Shown piece by piece: positions 1 through 11,317 of a DNA stretch of 64,000 bases. The stretch covers positions 1,037,196 through 1,101,195 of the forward strand of contig ML992506.1 in NCBI GenBank assembly GCA_010093995.1. The letters run 5' to 3'. How positions within the stretch are numbered: position 1 is the first letter of the stretch; the number at the start of each line of letters is the position of its first letter. The translations under genes and the position numbers were made by a program. Under the pieces are notes generated by a model. That model did no database searches. It was given only the letters and a program-made list of their open reading frames with translations, and was not told the DNA's origin. The DNA is from Elsinoe ampelina. Its lineage: Eukaryota.

Positions 1-1691
1 GATAGGTTCTTATCCTTCGTTAGCTAAAACTTAGCTTTACTAAGTGCATCGAGAGAAATAGACTTACTATTGTAGTAGTAGTGTTAAATATATCTCTTTA
101 CGCTAATACTATAGAGAGACTATTAGATAGAGAAGATACAAGGGAAAGGTACATATATACCTTCTCGTTTTAGTTCGGCCTACCTAACTTTAAACTAACT
201 TATAGAGAAGTTAGGCATGTAATAATAGGCCTAATAGCAGGAGTAATAGCTATTATATAGCACTAGTACAAAATGCTTCTACTAAGCACCTTTTAAGAGG
301 TAAGCTCGATTCTCCTATTAGCTTCTTAAGTTTAATACTAATAGATTAAGAAGAGCGTCTAATTAAGGCTAAATGCTCTATTATAGCGTATTAAGGTACT
401 ACTTAGTTCGCGTATAGGAGCGAAGTACTAAATTGCTCTATAGTAACTCTTACGATAGAAGTATAGCTAGCGTAGATACCTAATATAGATAGCGACCTTA
501 TTGTAACTTTAACTACTACTAAACTAAGTTAGGTTATAGTTAGTATATACAAGAATTAATAGACTTAATAGCGACATCTACCCGGGCTACTTAATTATAC
601 ACGTGCTATACTGTCCTAAGATGGACAACTTAATAGCGATTTACTAGCGGTCGAGGCGTAGTAGAAGGATTTCTTAGGTACATAGACGTAGATAAACTTT
701 TTGTCCTTCGCATATAAGAAGTTTAGAGGCCTACTACGTAAACTAGTCTTATAGTACTAAATCGGCCTAAAGTATAGTAGCAGTATCTTAGACATTAAGG
801 AGGACAGACATTCGCTAGATAGAGATACTTTTATAGAACTAAGGGATAAGGATATAGAATTACAAGAAGATAGTATATATATTATTATCGAGAGTAGTAT
901 TAGGTAGAACGTAAAGCAATATATGTATTCTAGCGACCTTATATAATTTTCTAAACGTAGTAGACGAATTATAAGGTCTATATAATATATAGATATATAT
1001 AATATATACTACGAGGTAAGCTACGTAATAGGATATTTCTATAATTAATATTGTTAAGCTTATAGAGTAGACACGAACTAATTACTTTGCGAACTAAGAA
1101 ACGCTTAAACTAAGATAAGGGATACACGTAGTACGCTATCTACTATTAGGCCGTCTCTGTTTGCTACGCATTAGAGGTTTTTAGATTTCTACGGGGAAAA
1201 ACTATATTACTTCTAAGTAGGACCTAGGGGTAACTAGGGAATTACATCGAACTAAGTTAAACTAAGTTAGTTACTTAGAAGTAGTCTAACGTAGCTCTCT
1301 AGCGTTAGGGATTTTATAATATATATTTAGAAAGAAGGTTAGTTAACCTTATAGTAATTCTTTAAGGGGTTTACTTAGGCTAAGCTTTAACTATCTCTTT
1401 AGTCTAAACTTCTATCTTATCTCTCTTAGCTTTATCTCCTCCTATTAGTAAAGGAGATAGCTATACTACTATAGGTAGTAATAAGACTAGAGCATTAAAG
1501 AACTATTTATCTAGTAAAGATTCCTAGATCTAAGCTAGGTTTAGATCTAGAATAGCCTTATCTAATTAGTCTAATAGAGATAGTAACTAATCTAGTATAA
1601 TAGGGTAACTCTTATCTAGCTACTAAGATAGGCTTAGCTCTTAATCTAGATTGCTTTAACTTAGAGTCTAAGATAGTATCTAGTTTAGCTA

Positions 1692-1775
1692 CTAAACTAG
1701 ATTCTAAACTAGATTCTAAACTAGATACTAAACTAGATACTAAACTAGATACTAAACTAAATTCTAAACTAGATT
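1692..1775. repeat. 12-bp tandem repeat (CTAAACTAGATW) x~7
   Basis: Directly visible; lies inside the RIP'd block. Confidence 0.85.
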
Positions 1776-1923
1776 TAGTTTAGTTATTCCCTCTACTTTA
1801 TGTACCTCTTTAGATTTATTAACCTCCTATAAGAGCCTTAGTAGATTAAGTAATCTAATTAGTTTTAGCTAAGGTTGTTCCTCTAGCTTATAGAACTAAG
1901 TTTTATTAAATCTAATATCTCTT

Positions 1924-2072
1924 NNNNNNNNNNNNNNNNNNNNNNNNNNNNNNNNNNNNNNNNNNNNNNNNNNNNNNNNNNNNNNNNNNNNNNNNNNNNN
2001 NNNNNNNNNNNNNNNNNNNNNNNNNNNNNNNNNNNNNNNNNNNNNNNNNNNNNNNNNNNNNNNNNNNNNNNN
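1924..2072. other. Assembly gap (Ns)
   Basis: Run of n characters. Confidence 1.
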
Positions 2073-5000
2073 TTCTATTAATTAGATAGGCTACTAATCT
2101 ATATAGTTTAGAGTGTAATTCCCTTAGTAGATTAGCAAAGATAGTAATTACTCTTACTCTCCTTAATAGCATAGCTCCTATCCTTTTATTATAACTATTC
2201 TAAGCTTAAGTATAGAGAGTAGATAGCTTATAATAGATTCCTTTACTATCTAGAAAGATAGTAAATTTAAAACTAAAGGCTCTCTTATTATCACTCCTAA
2301 GGAATCTAATTTTAAAGCTAAAATTACTTTTAATATAAGTAACTATCTTAATATAGATTTTATTAATCTTATATCTATAAGTATAAGTAGCAACTAGTTA
2401 ATAGTTAGTAGTCCTATAAGCAAAGTAGCTTATATATCTTGCCTTATTATAGCTAGTAAATCTATTAATAATAATATTAAAGGTAGTTCTCTTAAATAGC
2501 TTTAATATAGCAAGTTTAGTATTAGAACTCCTTAATATAATCTACTAAGTATTTAATAGCTTATAAGTCTAATATAGAGACCTAAGATAAATTAGTTAAG
2601 CTACTAAACTAAGCTTAGTTAGAGTTAGCTTACTACTAACTATAGCAGTTAAAAGGTAATTAACAGATTCTAGGCTTAGATAGCCTATAACTTTATACTA
2701 AGATTAATTAGTCCTTGTAGTAACTATAGTAAAGGCTAATAGTTAAGGATTATCTTCCCTTAATATAATAGTAACATAGAGAGCTTTAGAGTTATTCTCT
2801 AGTATATATTAGTTATACTTTAGTATAACTAAGAAGAGCACTCTTCCTTTATAGCTAATTTCTATAGTTTAAGTGTTCTAATAGACTCCACTATTAATAA
2901 ACCTCCTAAGGCTAACTAGATTAGTTATAATTAATAGTATATAAGCTACCTTTATAAGATAGATAGTTATAGACTTTCCTTTGTAAAGAGCTATAATATT
3001 AATAGTTCTCTAACTCTTAATACTAAGTAAAGTATTACTATAGAATAGCTTCTTATAAGGTTCTATAATTCTAGTAACCTTATATCTGTCCTTTATAGTA
3101 TAATTATAGATATAATTAGTTGCTCTAGAATCTAGTATCTATAAGTTAGAGATGTTACTAGTAGCTAAAATAAATACTAAGTATAATCTAATAGTAATAG
3201 CTATATTAATTAACACTAGTAGGGTTAACCCCTTCTAATATTATACTTCCTTAGTAATAGAAGCCTTAATTCTCTCCTTAAGAGTTTTATTATTTAGCCT
3301 TTGTTTAATCTCCTTTATAGTCTACTAGTTTAGTATCTATCTTTCTAGCCTTAGATACTTATTTAAGTAATAGTACTTAATCTACTTATACCGGCCTTAG
3401 TATACACATTTAGGCTCTCTAGAGGGACTAGGTTTCTTATAAAGAATATTCTTAGTAGCTATAGAGAAGGCCGTAGCTCTCTTACTAGCCTTTATAGTAT
3501 TATATAGCTTATAGAGTTTATAAAACTGTCTAAACTTAGTAATTAGTTTAAGTATAGTTAGTAGAGTTAGTAAATCTAGATTAATAAGGTATTTATTAGT
3601 AAATGCTAGTTTAGTTTTTAAGATAGAGAGTAAGAAGTCTCTTTATAGCCTTAAGCCTTAAGCTTCTAGTAGATTATAATTCCTAGCCTTGTCTATAACC
3701 TCTTTCTATTACTAAAGCTAATAGTCTATATTCTATAAGGAAGAACTAGAGAGCTACTTTCTCTAGAGTGCTTTAACCTTAAGCTATATAGCTACATTAG
3801 ATAGAGCAAATCTGTTCTTTAATGCTCTAAGGATAGTCTATAGATAAGAATCCTCTTTTAGTTAGATAATAGTAAGAACTTATAGTGCAATTAATAACTA
3901 AATAAGGCTAGCTAAATTAGCTAAGGCCTTATACTATTTGTTATATTATGCTTATTTCTCCTTATATATCTAGAAGAGTGCTAAGAAGTTAACATTTGCT
4001 ACTTCTAGCCTCTAAGGCTTAGAGAGCCCCTCTAGCTTAATAGTCTTCTAGGGATTAATAAGGTTCTATATCTTAGTATTTAAAGCTCTTATCTTAATAA
4101 TATATAGCTAGCTAGCCTATTTAGATAATGTAGCAAGAATAATAGGTATTCTAGCTATTAAGGTGTTAGTATCTATAGTTGTTTATCTCCTTATTAATAC
4201 CTAAATCCTATAGTTATAGTTAAGATAGTTCTTAATAGATTCTAATACTTAAAAAGCAAGATAGTAGAGAATTAACTAATAAATAGAGTAGGAAAGCAAT
4301 AAAGTAATATACTTGTATAGGAGTAGTTATACTAGGCTTATAACTATTAACTTATATAGGGAGGAAAAAGGATTAATTACTACCTAATCTACTAAACTAA
4401 GGTAGATTATAACTACATAAATACTTAACTAGATAAACTAAGAGATAGATAAATCAATAGAACTCCTAAGTAATAACAGATTAAGACAATAATTATCTAA
4501 TTTAATTATAGATTAGTAAAATAGTAAGATAGTGTTCAGTTCAACCTTGGGATGAACTGAATCAGGGTCTTCTTGGCGCTCCAGCTTATGCCTCGGTTGA
4601 CATATGGAGACAATCACGTGACCCGCAGCACGCCTAAAAATAGTCCATGTCGTGACTGCCCAGCTCGACACCACAATCCGCACACAGTCTAGCACGGGAT
4701 GCCTGACCACTCAATTCTTTGGCGGAATTTTGCGCCTTCTGCGCCAAGTGGACCTCGGAAAAATGTCCCTCGCAGCTGGCAGGAAACAAAACAGCCTGCG
4801 ATTGGCCTACACCATGTCCGGCCTCACGGGACATTTCTCAGCCGCCCGCCATGTCGACTTTTTCCGTCTCACGCTACTTGCTCGCACCTGGACGTTGATT
4901 CCTGTTCGAGCGAACTCTATCCGCTCTGTTCCCGTAAGCCTGCTGCTGACCGCGGTGGCTGATGTTCCCTACTAGTGTCCTTGTATAGTGGAGACATGTG

Positions 5001-5113
5001 AAAGAAGCTGTAAAATAGCTGGACGCCCTGGATCGTGTAGGTCGTGTGCTTTTTCCTCTGGTGCTTCTATACATTTGTTCTGAATTGTTGGATCTTGTTG
5101 GCACGGGATAGAG

Positions 5114-7177
5114 ATGGGTAGGTGGTCTCTTCAGATGGCGGGTTTCATCTAACGGTAGACAGCTCTCGCACTTGCGAATGTTACGACTTCACTAGCATCT
5201 ACATTGACCACTTCGTCCGTGTCCTCGCCCGCTCCAACATATTTCACTGGGACTTTCAACTACCAGTGCTTCATTCGAGTGAATCCGGCGTTGGCTACAT
5301 GGGTACTTAATCCCAACTTTCCTCCTATTGGGACGACATATCTCTACGTTGCGCCAAATGCAACCACCACATCGACCTCGGTCAAGTGCGAGCCTTCAGT
5401 TCTCGAGGAGCAAAAGTCGGCCGGCGCGAGGCAGCTTGGAGGATGGTTCGGGGCCAGGCTTGACGAAAAGTGCAACCTCATTGCGGACTACTACAACGCA
5501 CCAGGAGGAGCGAGAATCAATGGCACCACGACAACGTCGGCGACATGGCCGGGTCCCAAGACCGTCTTGAACATGGGTGCAGACTTCCTTGGAAACGACT
5601 TCATCAGCGGGACTCTGTCCACCTTCAGCTCTTCCATGCCATTTGTATTCTACACTGATCCTTACACCATCACGTCCTACCTGGAACCTCGAGCAGCCGC
5701 GAATGGCTCTCGGACTCTAGACTGGTGGACATACACTCTCATGCCAGATATGAGCAAGTACCTTCCGGACTTCCCACAGCTGAAATCGTGTACGAGATAT
5801 TTATGGCAGACATCGCCCAACACCTTGACCTACGCCAACTTCTTGACCTCTACTGTGACTCTGCCTGGCAGCCCGGCGCAAGTGACGGTAGACCGACCTC
5901 CTCCGACCCAAGCTCCAGCGCCTCAAATGCCACCTCCCACGCCGACACCAACTCCTGCTCCTGTACCTGCGCCTGCACCAGCTTCTCAACAGCCTACTCC
6001 CAGCAACAGCAATCCGCCTGCCCAGAACGACCCAGCACCAGGCAGTGGAAGCGGAAGTGGAAGCGGTCAATCGGCCCCCAGCAACAACAACCCCTCCTCG
6101 GCCCCACCAAGCGGCAACTCCAACCAGCAACCCCCTCCCAGCAGCGGCAACACTCAATCTCCACCCAGCAATTCAAACTCCAATCCCGACTCCCCACCAG
6201 CCATGATCCCCGCCCAGAACCCCTCCTCGAACAATCCAAACCCCCCCTCACAACCCAACCAACCATCAAACCAAGGCTCATCCTCAGGCTCATCCTCAGG
6301 CTCATCCTCAGGCTCATCCTCAGGCTCATCCTCAGGCTCATCCTCAGGCTCACCCTCCGGCTCCTCTCCCGGTCCCGGTTCCTCCTCCCCTCCCCCCTCT
6401 GGATCCTCCTCCCCCTCCGGATCCCAAACAATAACCTCCCTCCTCCTCCCCTCCTCCATCGTCGTCTCCCCCGGCGCAGCCCCCATCATCTTCTCCTCGA
6501 GCGCCTTCTCCCTCGACACCCAGGGCACACTGCACATCGCCGCCCTATCCACCCTCGCTCCGGGACAGGTGGCGCCGGCGGGGAGCACGCCTGTGTCCGT
6601 CCCCGGGGGAGGTGGTCAGTCGGGAGAGGAACAGGGGCAAGGACAGTCGGGAGAGGGGCAGAGGGTAGTGATTGTCGATGAGAGCAGGGCGAGTGCGGTC
6701 CCGGTGTCGGTGGTGGAGAGGTTGGGGAGTGTAGAGGTCGGAGGGGTGGATGTGCCGGTTGAGGTGAAGGAGGAGGTCGTGTCTGGGTCTGGGTCTGGTG
6801 GTGCTTCTTCGGGGGTGGGGACGGGTGGTAGTACAAGTGGAGGAGGAGGAGCAGGAGCAGGGTCAGGGTCGGCTGGGCGGGGGAGTGGGAGTGCAAGCGG
6901 CGGGCAGGAGACGGCAGGACAAAGCGTGGGGAGTGTTGTGGGTGATATAGGGAAGTGGATCGCTTCTGGACTGGGAGCGGGGACGGCGTGGGATACTGCG
7001 GGAGGAGGGGACGGCGCGGGTACTTCGGGTGGTGTAGGTGGTGCCGGTAACGGCTCAGCTAGCAGTGGGAAGGGAAATAGCACTGTGGTGCCATTCACGG
7101 GGGCTGCGGCAAGTGGACATGGGGGCGGTGTGCTGTGGGGTGCACTGGTGGGGGTGGCGGTGGTGATGGTGATGTAG
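5114..7177 (+). CDS. Ser/Pro/Gly-rich putative cell-surface (GPI-like) protein, paralog A
   Basis: 657-aa ORF 5204-7177. Probable start ATG 5114 with a phase-1 intron 5118-5162. Cys-containing N-terminal domain, low-complexity linker, C-terminal PFTGAA followed by a hydrophobic tail. Start uncertain. Confidence 0.75.
6275..6352 (+). repeat. 12-bp coding tandem repeat (GGCTCATCCTCA)n encoding GSSS
   Basis: About 6 perfect units directly visible. Confidence 0.9.
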
Positions 7178-8117
7178 CGATGTAGTGATGTGGTAATGTC
7201 TAGTTGACTGTTCATGATACCCTCTTTCACGACTTCGTCCTCCCTCATCCCATCCTCTCTCTCTCACCGTTGTCCCCTCCCACCACAAACCCCACCATTC
7301 TCATCGCCCCCCTCCAGCCAAGCACATCTCTCCGAAGATCTCCCACGCCAACCCTCGGCTATCTCCTCGACAAGGATGTCACATCTTGGCAGCAGTAGTC
7401 CCCCCCTGCGACCCTTTGTTCCAGGCGGGGACTGCACACGCGAAGAGCATGCAGGGGGGGTGTGATTGATCACGTTTGGCATCCCACTCCATGCCACGTG
7501 TGTCACTGGGACTATCGAATTCTTATCATCCTGGGGACAGCATCAATGCCTGTATCACGGGGACGTGTCCCTTCTCAAGGAGCATGGGACGCAGATTCAC
7601 AGCACAAGCAGAACATGGGTGTTAATGCTGTTCACATTCCCTCTTTCTCTCTCGTCTTCTACGTCCAAACAAGTTCGCTAATATAGACAATCCACTTTCT
7701 TCTCTTCTTCCCGTCGTCGTTCAAGCAAATCGCTCCCAGAAATGATGACTCCTTGTCTCGTGAATATACACGCGACGTACATGCTATCGTGACACCTGAT
7801 CCCGCCGCCGCCCTTGACCGTGACGCCTTGAAAATGGATGATGATGGGTAATGATGCGCTCGTGTAGGCTCGTAGAATAAATTGATCTTAAAATAGCAAA
7901 AAAAAAGAGGACCATCGATATGATGGTAAGAAGTGATTGGTGAACAGCGAGAGTATGATTCGAAAGTGCTGTCGATGCGATGGGGGGCACGACTGGGACG
8001 TGCCGTTGTAGCTGTGAGCCGTGTTGCGGATAGAGTAGGGTTGGTGATTAGGCAGAATAGAGTTGAGTTGATGCAGTCATGAACGAACGACCAGCCCTAA
8101 CACTGAGGGTGATGGAG

Positions 8118-9557
8118 TTACCGGCTCGTGTCTCGCTTGTTGCTTTGATCGCCTTCTGTCCTGAGTCGAGCCCATTCGGCGTCTGCACGTTGCTCGGCCG
8201 CCTTGATGGCATTTGGATCTGGATTGGTTGCGCCGGGAAGCATTCGAGCAATATCGCGCGCCAGGCTCTCGATGATGAATTGTCGGAACTCTTTATCCTC
8301 GCGCATGTCTTCGCCTTCCAATCGGAACTTCTCCTTCTTCTCCATGTTACGGCGGCGAAGGGCGCGAATTTCGTCCATGATGTGTAGCAAGACTGCTTCG
8401 GGGGCTTTATCGCGTGGCATTGCCTGATTGGCAGGATTCCGGACGTAGCGTCGTGTGACGTCCATAGCACCGTCTCGGGAAAAGGCGATGCAGTAAGCCA
8501 GCTTTCGCTTCCAGCCCTGGGTGTAGAGCAATGGCTTGTCCCATGCCTCTTCGCAAACATCGACGTGCACCCATCGTTGTCGATGAACGCTGTAGACTTC
8601 TGTCCAGACGTGATCTTCTGAATTCCAGATCCATCGTACTCGACAACCCATTGCTCTACACAACATGGTGAAGCAGTTTGCCCATTCTCCCACTCGTCCT
8701 CGTCGCGTCTGGAGCAGGACGAACGCATCATTGTACCGTGGGAATCGCTCAAAAGCCTTGCAAGACTCATACGAGCATTGGTACAGCTCGACTCGTGTTG
8801 CGCCTCGCGCTTGCTCCTCGTCGATTGGTGCGACCAAACCCATGGCAATGGTGGGGGAATTGCAGTGTGCGCATTTGGGGTTGTTGACCCACTTGAAGAA
8901 GTCTTTCCGGAACCATTTCATCAATGCGATCACGCAGCAGTCCTGGTATCCCCATGCAGGCTTGACGTTGGGTCCGAGTGAGGCAGCCTCTGCAGCAAAG
9001 AGATCTGCTTGTTCTTGCGCCTCCTCGTATATCCGTTGCACAGGGACGACTGAGAGTGCTTCGTCCAACAAGCCAGGGTTCTCCCATCGACAAGGTGTTT
9101 GTGACAGGGAGTGTAGCATTGTTCTGAATTTAAGCGACTTGCGATCGGTGGGCGGGGTAGGGATCAGCGGGATGTTTTTGAGGGATGAATAAGATGGTGG
9201 AGGAGGCGGCGGCGGCAGTAATGATTGCGGTTGAGGTTGTAAGTATGGTTGCTGTGGAGGGTATGTCGATGATTGTCCTGGTACTGGTCGTCGGGCAGGA
9301 GGTGGCGGTGGATACCGGGGGTCAAAGTGTCGCGGGGGTGGGACTGGTGATGATGTTTGGCTTCGTTGACCAGATAATTGATTGACGGCGGGCGATTGTG
9401 CTCGACTCGAAGGTCTGTGTTGAAGCGCATTCATCCGTCTCGTGCTCAGGACTCGTCTGAATTGCGAAGTCATATCCGTAGCCCATGACTCTGGTAGTTG
9501 GTTTTGTTGCGACTGTTGCCCAGGGCGTGACTGGCCCGGTCGCCTTCGATCCGCCAT
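8118..9557 (-). CDS. PNG1: Peptide:N-glycanase orthologue (transglutaminase-like), catalytic Cys replaced by Val
   Basis: WFRKDFFKWVNNPKCAHC, RFPRYN, TRRGRVGEWANCF, DHVWTEVYS, HVDVCE and GWKRKLAYCIAFS are PNGase core motifs. Confidence 0.92.
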   Translation of the reverse strand: MADRRRPGQSRPGQQSQQNQLPESWATDMTSQFRRVLSTRRMNALQHRPSSRAQSPAVNQLSGQRSQTSSPVPPPRHFDPRYPPPPPARRPVPGQSSTYPPQQPYLQPQPQSLLPPPPPPPSYSSLKNIPLIPTPPTDRKSLKFRTMLHSLSQTPCRWENPGLLDEALSVVPVQRIYEEAQEQADLFAAEAASLGPNVKPAWGYQDCCVIALMKWFRKDFFKWVNNPKCAHCNSPTIAMGLVAPIDEEQARGATRVELYQCSYESCKAFERFPRYNDAFVLLQTRRGRVGEWANCFTMLCRAMGCRVRWIWNSEDHVWTEVYSVHRQRWVHVDVCEEAWDKPLLYTQGWKRKLAYCIAFSRDGAMDVTRRYVRNPANQAMPRDKAPEAVLLHIMDEIRALRRRNMEKKEKFRLEGEDMREDKEFRQFIIESLARDIARMLPGATNPDPNAIKAAEQRADAEWARLRTEGDQSNKRDTSR

Positions 9558-9938
9558 GATGTGTCCTGCTCTTCAGATAATGGTGGTGATTGATGTGAAT
9601 TGTTGCAGAATGAGTCGAGAGGGGATTACCGTCGGGGGAAAGGCGGCGAGTAGAGTATTGGCGAGCGGGCGAGTGAAGAAGCGCAGTCGCAGTCGAGAAT
9701 GAAGCCCAGCAAAGCACAGCCTCAGCAAGAAGCACCGCAGGCGCAAAAGACGGAGCAAACTCGTATGCTCGTGTTGCGGTCGTCCGACATGCAGAGGCAG
9801 ATTGCGTTTGTGATCGGAAGTCGAGATGGAATATACAGTCGGGCGGTGGTGGGATGACAGAGACGGCGTACGTCGAGGACAACAAAGACAAGCGGGTGAG
9901 TGTCGTGTCGCTTCTCTTTGGTCTCTCTCTGGCGGGAG

Positions 9939-9961
9939 AGGCAGAGGCAGAGGCAGAGGCA
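9939..9961. repeat. (GGCAGA)n microsatellite upstream of PNG1
   Basis: Directly visible. Confidence 0.8.
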
Positions 9962-11317
9962 CAGAGCGACTTGGATTGGCTTGCGCGGCTCAGGTAGTCG
10001 TCAGCTCATCGGCATTGGCTGGGCCTTTTTGGCAGTACGCGTGGACAGTCCAGCGTTATTCCCAAACAGGCTAGACCCCGGAACCTAGATGCAAAACCCA
10101 CTCCTTTCTCGACATTTGATGCCGCGGGTGAGGGCGAATTGCTCTGTTGCTGCAAACAGACAGCAGGCATAACAGCAGCAGCGATGGTCTCTCAGACTAG
10201 TCGACCACTGGATCATACACCATTGTCAATGCTACGATCCCTCCATGGCATACGGAGCCATACAGCACCAAAGCGACACACCGACCATCCGTTTGAGGCA
10301 GCGACCACCTGCAACCGTCCTTGGCTGCCGCACGTCACCTTGTCTTGCACAGCCAGAAGGGCCAAATTCTATTCTTAAGTGGCTGTCTTAAGACCCTCTT
10401 CACGCAGGCACATATCAAGCCGACGACACTTGTACAGTATGCTTCGTACGTCTTCCACAGGCATGTCTTTGACCAGCCAAGACCAAGGGACTCGCGGTGT
10501 CGAGACCTCGCATCTTCTAGACCACCACCCGCATGCGCCATTCAAGGGATCTGCTTCTGGCAACACCGTGCCCTAGTCACCCACAAAGCTTGTCTGGGCG
10601 TCGTTGCGTCCCACAAGGCGAATGACCTCTACCGTCGACGAAGGCTCTTCCAACACGACACCCGTTTCCACACGAGCCGTGACGGTTTCATGCCATTGAC
10701 AGGTCTTCACCTCGGTCACATCTCTCGCCATCTGTTCCTTTCCCTGGTCAGAGGACTCGCCAAGTCATCCCAGGGCGTGCGTCCAGATCGCGCATTGTAC
10801 CAGTACCACATGCAAAGCAAGTGAATCTAGCAAAGTCTCATTTTGCATCCCTGCCAATCCCGAGCAGATCTGGTCAATCACATCTGGGGCTGCTTCCAAT
10901 AACTTGCGCGACGCGTGTACTCCATATCATTCGGACTCCACCCCACCACCGGATCGCTTACCTGAACGCTGATCCAGACCGTTGGGACTTCCGAGTGTAG
11001 ATCGTCCTACTCTATCTCGACCACAAGCCACGTGCTTAGTATGAACGTCGTACCGTCGAATGGGAGTCATTTGCTATATCACTTACGCGTAGCATGCCCC
11101 AGGTATTGGACAGGTCATGTAGCCTCAGTCATCCTCGTACGCAATCGCTCCACTATCTAGGAGAGATTAGGTATTGCTTTTCCTGCCTGCTCACCGCCAC
11201 TTGTCGACCTCGCCTGACCGGCTCTCATTGCCTCAGGCACCCTAGCACTACCCGATCATATCGCCCTGTCCGTCGACGGCGGCTCACCTTCGTTGCAAGC
11301 AGAGTCAGAATGCGATC

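Larger units (their letters stand above)
1240..4478 (-). mobile_element. RIP-inactivated Ty1/Copia LTR retrotransposon relic (gag-PR-IN order)
   Basis: Minus-strand translations fit Copia motifs after reversing C>T/G>A changes. CVY*GRYK*IKYYYLN (~3410-3360) is a gag Zn knuckle. *ILDSRATNYIYN (3141-3103) = WILDSGATNHICN protease. *YKVIGYLS (~2700-2675) and Y*TYKL (~2574-2557) = integrase HHCC. TLYT*A*NSYNKR (~2220-2180) = APYTQAQNGxxER integrase core. A PBS-like TAGTTATAAGCC (from TGGTTATGAGCC) lies at ~4346-4335 and a possible LTR start TGTTA at 4478. The left boundary is uncertain. Confidence 0.8.
1..4540. repeat. AT-rich, RIP-degenerated repeat compartment
   Basis: Very low GC with a large TpA excess and CpA/TpG depletion (tag/taa/cta throughout); stops in all frames; sharp return to normal GC at ~4540. 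Confidence 0.95.

Noticed and set aside
1692..1775. Regular repeat considered as CRISPR-like or telomeric
   Set aside because: No spacers, eukaryotic context, and not TTAGGG; it is a simple tandem repeat within a TE.
1912..2172. 86-aa ORF in the track
   Set aside because: Artefact spanning the N gap; its real part is a RIP'd integrase fragment.
5725..6681. Alternative-frame ORFs with (LILR)n, (MSLR)n and (EPED)n repeats
   Set aside because: These are other-frame readings of the 12-bp GSSS coding repeat.
7395..7515. Short inverted repeats (AGTCCCC/GGGGACT, CCCCCTGC/GCAGGGGG)
   Set aside because: 7-8-bp stems in C/G-run-rich sequence are expected by chance; no known RNA family recognised.
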